Part shown: positions 13,762 to 27,200 of the stretch, piece after piece
Position numbering within the stretch: the stretch's first letter is position 1
Layout: the number at the start of each line of letters is the position of its first letter
Source: Octopus vulgaris
Lineage: Eukaryota
Direction: 5' to 3'
Length of the DNA stretch: 64,000 nt
NCBI GenBank assembly: GCA_951406725.2
Contig: OX597821.1
Location: forward strand, 114,762,001-114,826,000
Translations under genes and position numbers: made by a program
The notes under the pieces: model-generated
Seen by the model: the letters and a program-made list of their open reading frames with translations, nothing else
What the model was told of the DNA's origin: nothing
Database searches by the model: none

Positions 13762-16700
13762 CATTTAATATGTTATAGTGTTATGGAAATATTAGTAATC
13801 ATAAATTTTGTTTTTAATTAATTAGACTCGTGGTATGCAGTGCTGATGAGTTTTGCAGGTGCTCCCAGATTTGTGGAATTAGTATCTGACAGAATGAACT
13901 TCACCAAAGGGGGCACCAAAAGACACAGTGGTGGCAGGTTGACCTATAGAAATGGCAAGTGAAGCGTGAAGGGTTAAGCAGAGTGAAGACGAGGTAAAAC
14001 AAGTAAAAATAAGAAAACTTGACTGTGATGATGGGGGGATGGGGCAAAAAAAAAAATGAAATACAGTTGAAAACAATGATACATTTTGCTTTTTAGATCG
14101 AAACAGAATTTCATAAGATGACACCAAAGATTCTATTAAGTCAATAGAGTTTAAGAGGGAACCAGGAGGTAGTTTTAGCCACAATTAAATGACTAATCTA
14201 AATTAGAAAGATAGAATCCATAATTCTTGCAGGCCTTTCCTAAACTGGGATTAAGGAAACAGTTTTCTGAACAATACTTTAAATTTGGGAGTTGAGAAAT
14301 AGACATAGAAACATATTGCCAAACTAGTTTAAGATGTGATGCCTAAATTCTAAGCACAAACTGCAAGACAATTTGTATCTACTTCCATGTGGAGTTAGCA
14401 ACAACTGGTTACGTCAGCACAAGCGTGCTTCAAGGCTATATCACAGAAATATGCAATTTTGATGTGAACCCATGTATTGAAACAGATTTTGTTGTATCTC
14501 AAGAGGACACATCATTGAAGAGACTGTGAATAACAATGAAAGGACTTAGACAAACGTATTGATAGATTAATCAGACAATTAATCAATTAATTAATTAAAT
14601 AGCTAACCGACAGATGAATAATAAGAAAGAAGTGAGAATGAACCAGTGCATATGTTTATTATTGGCATGTTGACCCTCCCAATGTACAAAAAAATAATAT
14701 CTAAATAAAACAACCAATATTTAAATGAAAAATAGTTAAATATAACACTAATACTTAAATAAAACATTAATATCTAGATAAGGATTTGAAAACTATTTAG
14801 GAGACAACTGAGGGGAGCAAGACGTCTCTTCTTATTTCAAAGCTTGTATTCTTTCTCATTTGTTTACCTTTAGTTTCAGAATCGCCAGCTGAAATCTTCT
14901 GCTGTTTGAGTGATAACTTAATTAACTAACTAAATCATTAAAAAAATTTTTTTTTTAAATTAATTTTAATACAGAACAAACGTCCACATAGCAATTACCT
15001 CCCTTGGTTTTTTAAAATTTTTTACATTCCAATTTCTCTAATTGAAAAAATAATGTTGATCAGTAAATTTAAATATTTGCATGAATTATAAAAAGCACCT
15101 GATTCATTAGACCAAACTCAGTCGTCGTTATCATTTAACATTCATCTCCCGTGCTGACAAGTCAGAAGTTTGCACCAAAATCTGTTGTCTGCTTTGGCTG
15201 GATGCCTTTCCTAACACCAACCACTTTACAGAGTATGCCGGGTACTTTTCATGTGGCACCAGCACCAGTGAGGTCACCAGGTAACTTGCAAGACAATGAT
15301 CTCTCACCTGAGAGGAGGAATGAAATTGACGGGCATGGCTTAGTGTCAGGTGATGAAAAGTTAAGACTATGATTGAGAGCAGCCCTGGGATGACCACTGC
15401 TTTGTCAGTGAAATACACATAAAAAACAAAAGCTTGTGTGTGTGTGTGTGAGATTGGTAGAACAAACATAATAACTGGAACCCAATGAATATCTATTTAA
15501 TTACTTTTAATTAGCAGTAGTTATTAAGTGACTTCTGTAAGGTGCATACAAGTGCCTTACATGAAACCATCGACTTCTGAGTCACTGTGTATTAAAAATG
15601 TGTGTGTGTGTTACGTTTATATTAGTGGAGGCGCAATGGCCCAGTAGTTAGGGCAGCGGACTCACAGTCATAGGATTGCGGTTTCAATTCACAGACTGGG
15701 CGTTGTGAGTGTTTATTGAGCGAAAACACCTAAAGCTCCATGAAGCTCTGGCAGGGGATGGTAGCAAACCCTGCTGTGTTCTTTCACCACAACTTTCTCT
15801 CACTCTTTCTTCCTGTTTCTGTTGTACCTGAATTTCAAAGGGTCAGACTTGTCACGCTCTGTATCATGCTGAATCTCTCTGAGAACTACATTAAGGGTAC
15901 ACGTGTCTGTGGAGTGCTCAGCCACTTGCATGTTAATTTCACGAGCAGGCTGTTCCGTTGATCGGATCAACTGGAACCCTCATTGTTGTAATCGATGGAG
16001 TGCCACAATGTTTATGTTAACCAAGATAAACCAGAGTATGGAGTTGCATTGCTGTGTGTCAAAAACAATGACTTAGCAGTTTTCTAAATGGTGTTTGATA
16101 CAATAAGCAGCAAACTGAAACAATTGGCTGTGAACTTCGAAATTGGTGTCCCAGCATCGTTTTTATGAAATGCCACACAGTAAATTCTTTGGCTTAATAT
16201 TATTTTATTAATTATTATATTTGTTGAAAAATTAATGCTAATTAACTATACAAATCACAAATAAAATCACACAATAAAAACAAATTAAAAAATAGAAGAT
16301 TTAATGACATAATTATTATCAAACTGAATAAAAACAAATTTTGGAAAGACACGAATTGATCATTTAATGTAAATAACTCACCTTTCCTCGGTTTGTTCTG
16401 AATGTTGATGGCTTGGGTTTGGTAATTTCCATCATCATTTTGAATACATACAAGATGTGAGTCGGCCTCTGCACTGAAGTTAGCTGCCAACGCCATCACA
16501 TGCTCGTTACTGTTCATTACCACTTTCATTAACTATAAATACATCAATAAATTGTCAACATGAATAGCAAGGAAACAATTCCCCTCTTAAAGACACATTA
16601 CTGATTAGTAACGATAATCAATTATAACACTAATTCAAATTTTCTATTTAATATGTGGTAAATCTGGCAATTTGTTTGAATTTATTGTTGTTTTAATGTT

Positions 16701-18181
16701 CACTTCTCCACGCTTCCATGGGTCAGTTAGGAGTCATTGAGGCAGGTTTTTACACTTGGCTGCCCTTCCTGTTTCCAAGTAAGATGATATTTCGCCATCA
16801 TTAGACATATTCTCACAGAAGGCTGAAAACGACACTGCTTCTATGAGGGTGATGCTCATTTACGACTATCACACAAGGTCAAGACAGGGAGACATTCATG
16901 CATATATGATGGGCTTCCTTCAGTTTTCATTTACCAAGTCAGCTCCTAAGATTTAAGTTGACCTGGAGCTGTAGTAGAAGATACTTACTCAAGCTATCAT
17001 GCAGTGGGATTGAACCCAAAACTATGTGGTTGGAAAGCAAACTCCTTGACAACACAGCTACATTTGCACTTCTAATTTGGAAACTGAGGAAAAATATTTC
17101 AGTTGAAGAAGGAGGTTGGAAGTTACAATTGTTTCTATCACCTGTGAAATATTGGAAACAGTAACAGGGTCAAAAGAGGTTGGCCTATTTAGGTATGGGC
17201 TGGGCCCCACTAATATACTTAAGGTCAAAAGGGGTCGGCCTACTGAGGTACGGGACCCATTATTATATTTATACAGCCACAGGTGGATGTAAGACCAAGA
17301 AGTGAGAGAAGAAAGACACAATATTAAAGTAAACAGCTCTTACATCATCATATCGATTTCGAGGAAAGTTAATAACAGTCCTTTTATCTTCCATATGTAT
17401 TGTAACCCCTTTAATTTGAGGTAACATATACTGGTAGTTGCGGAAGTCAGCCAAGAGATTCATTATTGTATGACCAATTTCACAAAACACTGGCTTCCTA
17501 TTCCGGACACTGATTAAGGGACAGGGGTAATCTGCAAATAAAATAGAAAGATTAAATAGGATTTCAAAAACAAAAAAATATAAATTAAAACGAAAAAAAA
17601 AGATAACACACATTGAGGTTTTCACCAAAGCACTCTCCTGTTTTAAAAACTAGACAATAGTAATTATAAAATATGCAGGTCATAATGAGTTTGTAATAAT
17701 TTAGTAGTTATTAATTATAAAAATTTCTTTAATTAATAATAAATCTCTGAGCGAAGTATAAACAGTAGCTACATGACATTGTGAAGTATATTTGCCACTT
17801 AAATGTGACTAACCCTTAAGGGTTGATGCTACTGTAGCAAATACTGATAGTGCCCATGCACAGCAGAGTCCAAGGTCAATTTGTGCCAAGTGGCTTCATG
17901 CTGAGTGCTTTAGCTTCTTTATTATGGCAACACTCCAGATATTTATTGATCACACCACGTATATATATTCTTTCTTTTATTCTTTTACTTGTTTCAGTCA
18001 TTTTGACTGTGGCCATGCTGGAGCACCACCTTTAGTTGAACAAATCAACCCCAAGATTTATTCTTTATAAGCCTCGTACTTATTCTATTGGTCTCTTTTG
18101 CTGAACCACTAAGTTACGGGAGCGTAAATACACCAACATCAGTTGTCAAGCGATGGTGGGAGGACAAACACAGACACACAA

Positions 18182-18225
<44 letters not shown>

Positions 18226-21200
18226 TAAATAAAGCTAAGTGCTTTATGACTGTGAAACCATTGGTCACTGTATGACCAGACATAGTGCCATGCAATGGAA
18301 CTGGATCTGAGGCCACATGGTAAGACTCCAAGGTTCTAAACAACACTAATCATACAATTAAAAATTGGACTAAACCAAGAATAAAGTATTCACTTCTTGG
18401 CTAAAGAGATTTCAATAGGAAAGTAAAGATTGTGTTTGACTAAGAACAAAACATGACGTTTCTAGAAAGATTTGAAACTTTTCTAGTGTTGCCCTCACAA
18501 TTTACCTACCACAATGTAAACAATCTATACAAGCTGAGAATATCCAACTATTCAACTAATTCAATTTCTCTATAGCTTCTTTCAGAGACAGGAGAAAATA
18601 TCGTTTACACAAATATCTAATTCATCAAGACTTCATTTCAACCTTTAACATTCAGATTTCTCTGTCAAAGATAATAACTTATTTATTCCCATTGTTTTGA
18701 ATTAGTTATGCATTATCTTATAGCTTTGAGATTTCAATGAGGTGATATTTTATTTTTAGAACAACATTGTAGGGTAGGTGTGACCTGGCTAGTTTGAACG
18801 TAAATCAGGAAGAATATTTGGGCCAGGTATGGATGGTTTAAATGCTAAAGAGCCAAACAATTTACATTATTATTGTAAACTTCACTTTCTGTTTTCACAA
18901 AAATAATAAACGTTAGAATAGTTTTCTTCGTGGACTTACATCTATATTCAGCACCAAGCCTCAAAAGTAATCGAATTGGGAAGACTTTTGCCCAAGGTGC
19001 TTCCCAAGTCTGAAGAAGAATACCAAAAAGATAAGGAGGACTAGGTAAAGTTATTTTCTGTAGGCACTGGAAGGTTGGTCTGATATAGAGGAAGCCACCA
19101 TGATCTCGGCTCCCCAGGAAACTCTGGTTGAATATTGTGTGACCCATATCTGATACAGGATTACCTGAAATGTAGAGAGACAGACAGAACACATTTAATG
19201 CAAACAGTCAAATAATTACAATGAAAATCTAATAGCTAGTCATCTAGTCAGATAATAACATAGATTCACTAATCCACCACAAGGTCCTTGTTACAATGCA
19301 GGGGCTTGTCTACCTCATGGACCCTGAGAACTATGCCAATGAAATACAAGCCCTTTGTAGGGTGTCCAATGCTGGATAAATCAAAGGATAGAGAGAGGCC
19401 AGACTGATATGAGCTACTCCTTCCCCTGAGAAGAAAAAAATGGGTTTGCATAAGGCGAACACCTCTAGCTAGAAAGAAAAAAAAGCAAAGTTATAAAAGC
19501 ATTGACGATAATTAAAAACCAAAAAGAGCCACGAAAGGGAGGTTTTTCCCTTGGGGAAACATAATACAGCAAGCCCTGACTTGGAACCCATAAACGGGAG
19601 GTGGAAATGGGAACACCCTAAAAATAGCAGGAGGCGGGATGCTGACACAGAGTAGAAAAAGCAGGGATCCAACTGGAGGGAAGCAGAAAACACAGTCCAG
19701 AGTTAAGAACAGTTGGGGAAAAGTCATCAATGGCCAATGCTTCACAGGGAGCAAAGGGTTTAAACTAAAGCAACATTCCATAGCATTCGGTCATGAAAAT
19801 TTTCCATTGTGATGGAATGAATTTTCTTTCTTTATACATTTTAGTTGATTCAAACTTGGAAATGTCAATCAATATTGTATTTTGTCTATGGAAAACAACA
19901 ACTTCCAGACTAATGTGGGTTCAAAGACACACTGGATTCACTGGAATAAGGGGATTTTGGAACTACCAAGCTACCCTGGGTTAATGAATCTAACAAGAGG
20001 TTTTGGCTCTTCATCATCATCATCATCATCGTTTAACGTCCGCTTTCCATGCTAGCATGGGTTGGACGGTTCAACTGGGGTCTGGGAAGCCCGAAGGCTG
20101 CACCAGGCCAGTCAGATGTGGCAGTGTTTCTACAGCTGGATGCCCTTCCTAACGCCAACCACTCCGAGAGTGTAGTGGGTGATTTTATGTGCCACCGACA
20201 CAGGTGCCAGACGAGGCTGGCAAACGGCCACGCTCGGATGGTGTTTTTTATGTGCCACCGACACAGGTGCCAGACGAGGCTGGCAGACGGCCACGCTCGG
20301 ATGGTGTTTTTTATGTGCCACCAACACAGGTGCCAGACGAGGCTGGCAGACGGCCACGCTCGGATGGTGTTTTTTATGTGCCACCGACACAGGTGCCAGA
20401 CGAGGCTGGCAGACGGCCACGCTCGGATGGTGTTTTTTATGTGCCACCGACACAGGTGCCAGACGAGGCTGGCAGACGGCCACGCTCGGATGGTGTTTTC
20501 TTATGTGTCACCGACACAGGTGCTAGACGAGGCTGGCGGACGGCCACGCTCGGATGGTGTTTGTTACGTGCCCTCAGCACGGAGGCCAGTCATTGCGGTA
20601 CTGGCTACGGTCACGTTCGGATGGTTTTCTTATGTGTCACCGGCACTGGTACCACAAGGATACAAATTCCATTGATGTTCATCTATTTTGATTTGGTTCG
20701 ATTTGATTTGATACGATTCGATTCTCACTTGCCTCAACAGGTCTTCACAAGTGTCACAAGAAGGAAGGTATGCACAGGTGGACTGACTACGTCCCAGGTA
20801 GGGGCCACGGATTATGGCTTCACTAGTCTTGCCGGGTCTTCTCACGCACAGCATACTTCCATAGGTCTCGGTCTCTAGTCATTTCCATGGTGAGACCTAA
20901 CGTCCGAAGGTCGTGCTTCACCACCTCGTCCCAGGTTTTCCTGGGTCTACCTCTTCCACGGGTTCCCTCAACTGCTAGGGATTGGCACTTTCTCACACAC
21001 CTCTCTTCATCCATTCTCGCCACATGACCATACCAGCGCAATCGTCTCTCTTGCACACAACAACTGATGCTTCTTAGGTACAACATTTCTCTCAAGGTAC
21101 TAATGCTCTGTCGAGTAAGTACACTGACATTACACATCCATCGGAGCATACTGGCTTCGTTCCTCACGAGCTTACGCATGTCCTCAGCAGTCACGGCCCA

Positions 21201-24200
21201 TGTTTCACTGCCATGTAGCATAGCTGTTCGTACACATGCATCATACAGTCTGCCTTTTACTCTGAGCGAGAGGCCTTTAGTCACCAGCAGAGGTAAGAGC
21301 TCCCTAAACTTTGCCCAGGCTATTCTTATTCTAGCAGTTACACTTTCAGCGCACCCACCCCCACTACTGACTTGGTCACCTAGATAGCGGAAACTATCAA
21401 CTACTTCTAGTTTTTCCCCCGGAAAGTGACAGAAGTTGTTTTCTGCAGATTTTCGGAGGTCAGTGCTCCAGAGCACCTGCCACATACAAAAACTATCTTC
21501 CCAGTTAGCCTACCTTTGACATTGCTGCACCTCTTATGTGTCCATAGCTTACACTGGGTACATCTTATAGAGTTTCTACCTACACCTTTTCTACAGATCG
21601 AGCAGGGCCATCTTCCTGATGATATTTGTGGGTTTTCTACCTTTCTACTTATTAGTACTTTGGTTTTAGCTAGGTTGACTCTAAGGCCCCTCGATTCTAA
21701 ACCCTCCTTCCACACCTGGAACTTCTCCTCCAGTTCTGATAGTGACTCAGCGATTAGAGCGAGGTCGTCAGCATAGAGGAGCTCCCAGGGGCAACCTGTC
21801 TTGAATTCCTCCGTTATTGCCTGGAGGACTATGATAAATAGGAGGGGGCTGAGTACTGAACCCTGGTGGACCCCAACCTCTACTTTGAATTCTTCTGTGT
21901 ACATGTTGCCAACTCTAACCTTACTTACGGCATCTCTGTACATGGCTTGCACAGCCCTCACCAGCCATTCATCTATCCCTAGTTTCCTCATTGACCACCA
22001 GATGAGGGATCGGGGGACCCTATCAAAGGCTTTCTCCATGTCAACAAAAGCCAGGTACAGGGGCTTATCCTTGGCTAGGTATTTCTCCTGCAGCTGCCTT
22101 ACCAGGAATATAGCATCAGTGGTGCTTTTCCCTGGGACAAACCCAAACTGCATCTCATCTAAACTAACTCTCTCTCTAATTAGTTGGGCTAAGACCCTCT
22201 CCGTAACCTTCATTACCTGATCCAACAGCTTGATACCTCTGTAATTATTTGTATCCAGGGCATCACCTTTACCTTTGTAGCAGTTGACTAGTATGCTGCT
22301 ACACCAGTCATTGGGTATGACTCCTTCGTGTATCACCTGGTTGACTATACGGGTGACTAGGTTATAGCCGACACTGCCAGATATTTTGAGCATCTCTGCA
22401 GTAATTCCTGATGGGCCTGGGGCTTTCCCTGTCTTCATGCTTCTAATTGCCTTAGCTACCACGGAACTATCAACTCGGATAGCTGGTCCCTCTGTTGGGT
22501 CAACATTTGGCAGACTCTCTTTATCCCATTCATTTTCTTTATTCAGCAAACTTTCATAGTGGCATCTCCAAACCTCTCTCTTTGCATCCTCATTTAGCGC
22601 AAGTGAACCATCATCCATGCGAACACACTTCTCTCCTACCACATCACGATTCTCTCTCACACACTGTCTTGCAACACGAAATACCTCAAGTCTTTCATCC
22701 TCACGGCTCAGAACATTGGCAAATTTTTTCTTATCCGCTTCCCCTCTGGCTATATAAACCTGTCTCCTAGCTTCCCTTTTGGCTGTCTGATACAATTCCC
22801 TGCTACCACCGTTCTTCCAGTCCTTCCAAGCCTGTCTCTTTTGTCTAATAGCCCCGTCAACCACCGTGTTCCACCACCATGTTACTCTGGGTCGAGATGG
22901 TACTTTGCTCCATCCACAGATCTGGTCAGTGGCTGTCAGCAGATTGTCCCGTAGGAATCTCCAGTTGTCTTCCACATTAAGTGAAGCTATATCCCCTTCT
23001 ATTTCGTCAGAGGCTTCGAGTAGTATGTCTCTAAATCTCTGTGCATTTGCAGGATCTTTAAGCTTCCAGACCCTTCTCCTCCAAGCTGGTCTTCTTCTGG
23101 GCGACCATTTAGCTCTGATCCTGAAGTCGCTAACTACTAATCTATGTTGGGGAGTACATTCTTCGCCTGGGAAGGTTTTGGCATTTATAATCAGCCCTCT
23201 TTCCCTTTTTCTGGCAAGGATGTAGTCAATCTGGCTGGTGTGTCTGCCAGAACGGTAGGTGACTAGGTGAGAGGTGGGTTTCCTGAAGTGGGTATTGCAG
23301 ACCATAAGGTCATTAGCATCGCAGAACTCCAGCAGCCTGGTTCCCTCCTCATTTCGAGAGCCAAAACCGTGGCCTCCATGGATGCCATGGAAGCCCCTGA
23401 CATGTCGTCCAACATGTCCATTGAAATCACCTGCCACGAAGAGAAGGTCACTGTCATTTGTCAATGAGGTAGTCCGCAATAGGGTGTCATAGAATTGGTC
23501 TTTTTGTCCTTCCGGTAGCCCTGGTTGAGGGGCATATGCCGAGATGATGGTAGCTGTCCTATGGTGAAGAACTAATCTAATTTTAATTACTCTGTCACTT
23601 AGTCTGACTACCTCGATTACCTTACCTATCCATTTCTCCGCAAGAAGTATACCCACGCCCCCGACACCGTCAATGTTCCCTGCCCAGAAAATCTTGTACC
23701 TGTGTTCCTTGCCCGTGAGGAGCCTAGCAGAACCTCCTCTCCACCTTACTTCCTGGATACAGCATACATCCACACGTCTCCGTTCAAGCAGCTCTACAAT
23801 CTCTCCAGACCTACCTTTCAATGTGCCAACGTTGAGCGTGCCAACTCTGAGGGTTTGGGAGGTGTGGGCATCAGAGACCCTGGGACGAGGGACAGCAGTG
23901 TCATGTACCTGAAAAGAAAGCTTGCATTTGGCAGATTTCATATGGAAACTCTAGACTACAACCTGCATACTTTTCACAATTTTTGCGCTATATGTTCAGA
24001 TAAACCCTACATAGGTGCTAGTGGGGGAGGGGGTAGTTTCCGGTATTAGGGTAGAAACTTCCGGTATTGGTGGTGGGGGTGGGAGGGCGGGTGACAAAAT
24101 CGAAGCAACTAGTTTGAATACTATATTTGAGGGGGAAAAATAATTAATTAGATAAATGACTGAATGAAAGCCAGAGAGAGAATGAAAATAGATAAATAAT

Positions 24201-27200
24201 AAAAAATACGGTAGAGAATGGAAATAGATAAATAATGAAAAAAATACGGTAGAGAATGAGAATAGATAAATAATGAAAAAAATACGGTAAGAGACGAGGG
24301 GGCATATTTCGGAGGAGAATGGATAAACATCGAAGATGGCCCTGAAGGAAAATAAACTTTAAAAATGCAATGCATGAAGTCGCCATGTTTAGAGAATAGG
24401 GGAACGAAGGGAGAACAGATCAAGCTATCCAAACAAAACGCTTAAAAATATGAAAAGAGCAGGATGAAATTGACTTAGCTGGCCATTTTTGGAAGTCTGT
24501 GTTTTCTCTGAAGGTGTAGCGAGTGAATAGGGATCAGATACGATCGCACGCTGGCTTTTATAAGGGAATTAGGGAAGGGGACGGAAACACGAGAGAGAGA
24601 GAGAGAGAGAGAGAATCGAAGCAACTAGTTTGAATACTATATTTGAGGGGGAAAAATAATTAATTAGATAAATGACTGAATGAAAGCCAGAGAGAGAATG
24701 AAAATAGATAAATAATAAAAAATACGGTAGAGAATGGAAATAGATAAATAATGAAAAAAATACGGTAGAGAATGAGAATAGATAAATAATGAAAAAAATA
24801 CGGTAAGAGACGAGGGGGCATATTTCGGAGGAGAATGGATAAACATCGAAGATGGCCCTGAAGGAAAATAAACTTTAAAAATGCAATGCATGAAGTCGCC
24901 ATGTTTAGAGAATAGGGGAACGAAGGGAGAACAGATCAAGCTATCCAAACAAAACGCTTAAAAATATGAAAAGAGCAGGATGAAATTGACTTAGCTGGCC
25001 ATTTTTGGAAGTCTGTGTTTTCTCTGAAGGTGTAGCGAGTGAATAGGGATCAGATACGATCGCACGCTGGCTTTTATAAGGGAATTAGGGAAGGGGACGG
25101 AAACACGAGAGAGAGAGAGAGAGAGAGAGAATCGAAGCAACTAGTTTGAATACTATATTTGAGGGGGAAAAATAATTAATTAGATAAATGACTGAATGAA
25201 AGCCAGAGAGAGAATGAAAATAGATAAATAATAAAAAATACGGTAGAGAATGGAAATAGATAAATAATGAAAAAAATACGGTAGAGAATGAGAATAGATA
25301 AATAAAAAAAAAATACGGTAAGAGACGAGGGGGCATATTTCGGAGGAGAATGGATAAACATCGAAGATGGCCCTGAAGGAAAATAAACTTTAAAAATGCA
25401 ATGCATGAAGTCGCCATGTTTAGAGAATAGGGGAACGAAGGGAGAACAGATCAAGCTATCCAAACAAAACGCTTAAAAATATGAAAAGAGCAGGATGAAA
25501 TTGACTTAGCTGGCCATTTTTGGAAGTCTGTGTTTTCTCTGAAGGTGTAGCGAGTGAATAGGGATCAGATACGATCGCACGCTGGCTTTTATAAGGGAAT
25601 TAGGGAAGGGGCAGTAAACAAATTATTTGCTGATCTGTACCGAAATCTGCCAATCAATAATAAATCATCCCATTCACAGTGAACTGTGAGAATCAAAACA
25701 ATAACAGAGATATTAATTCTTAATACATTCCAGCAGATTCAAGCAGGAATTATGCCAAACACTGTTGTGCTTTGTTATTGGAATCTATTAACAAAATATA
25801 TGTCACCATTTTGATTCTTGCTGGTCACTATAAACATGGCTTTTATGCCAGCATGGACAATCAAAAGATGATGATGATACAAAAGTATCGATAATTTTAA
25901 GCGGAAATAGTTATTGGTTAGATATTTTGTCACAAATACAAATGGTAATAAAAAGAAATTTCAACACTGGTGATAATAGTAATATTAATATCAAAGATGA
26001 TGTTTACAAAGTAGACATTTCAAGGGACAAAGATACAAAGAATCGTCATCGTCGTCGTCGTCATCGTCATCATCATCATCATCAAAGACCTGTTTTCCAT
26101 GCTGGCATGGGTTGGACAGTTTGAGAGGAGCTAGCAAGCCAAAGAACTGCACCAGGTTCCAATTATCCATTTTGGTACGGTCTCTACAGCTGGATGCCCT
26201 TCCTAACACCCACCACTTTACAGAGGGTGGACTGATTGCTTTTTACATGGCACCAACCTCAAAAGTAACACTGAAGTTAAGAAAAAACAAAACAAGCAAA
26301 AAAAACAACAACCTGATAATGACTTACCTTTGTAAGCCTCTTCATAAACAGTATGAAAATGCCAAAATATATCTTTTGGAATCATTTTTTCATCCTGAAA
26401 GCATTCCAGTACAATAACTATTTCATCTTGCCCCACTGTACACATGCCTTTAGTAGTGAAAGCCCAGCAGGTCCGATTTACACAACAGTCCACTGAAAGA
26501 GAAATGGAAATATTAAGAGTCTTTAAACAGAGTCTTTGTATTTTAGACGATAATTAGTAAGTGAATATGGGTGGATGGTAATTAGAAAATTGTTAATTAT
26601 AAACAACCTGATGGCGCCCCAGCATGGCCACAGCCTTAGGGCTGAAACATAACAGAATAACCTCATTTCATTTACTAAGAAAATATTAAATGTTATACAA
26701 CCAGTGGTTCTCAACTAGAGACCATATGACCGTTGGGGGTTCATATAAGATTTTCTTATTACAATTTACAATAATAATAATAATAAATGCCCTGATGCAG
26801 TACCAGGCAGTGGCTCTCATGGCTTCTGATCTTAACTGATTGGAAGTGTTATCATGTACGTGTTTTGTCTTGGTATAAAAGATGGGATATAGCAAATATT
26901 CTGCTCAATAGCACAGATTTGCTTGTCAGTTGTTTGACCATAACCAGGTGAGCATGTCCCTTAGTGGCTGACGATATGTGCATCTCTGATCACGAGCAGA
27001 AGTAGTGGGGGAGCATCATAGCTATGTGTTGAGAGGGATTCTTTGGGGTTTGAATAATTTACCTCTGGAAACATGGGTGGTTTGTTCAACATCTTTAAAC
27101 AACCCTTATTCAGGGACCTTTTGAGTAGGATGGGCTACTCGACCAGAAGAAAATTCTAACTGGGCCCCACTTGCAAGGTCATGCACTGTTTATCTTGATA

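Larger units (their letters stand above)
20011..25611 (-). mobile_element. Near full-length RTE-clade non-LTR retrotransposon, same sense as the host gene
   Basis: APE endonuclease + RT ORF, a 3' UTR with tandem repeats, a terminal palindrome CCATGCTAGCATGG and a (GAT)n tail at about 20011-20030. Whether the 5' tandem monomers (24098-25611) belong to the element is inferred. No TSD found. Confidence 0.9.

Noticed and set aside
15626-15700. tRNA genes (also the heads at about 40276, 60775 and 62157)
   Set aside because: They have A/B boxes but no complete cloverleaf and run on into repeat bodies, so they are SINE heads.
20049-20878. Repetitive ORFs ([21 protein letters not shown] etc.) and CRISPR-like periodicity
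   Set aside because: They arise from a 63-bp tandem repeat in the RTE 3' UTR. There are no unique spacers or cas genes, and the context is eukaryotic.
21405-21425. Programmed -1 ribosomal frameshift (G AAA AAC TAG)
   Set aside because: The homologous region of the 37-kb copy is in one frame, so mutation or sequencing error is more likely.
21067-24049. Plus-strand ORFs overlapping the RTE (and minus-strand ORFs at 36792-38488)
   Set aside because: They are antisense shadows of the RTE coding sequence.
24144-25463. Triplicated hydrophobic ORFs in the 516-bp units as an RTE ORF1 or membrane proteins
   Set aside because: They are translations of T-rich subrepeats, unit 3 changes frame through a 1-nt indel, and no domain is recognisable.
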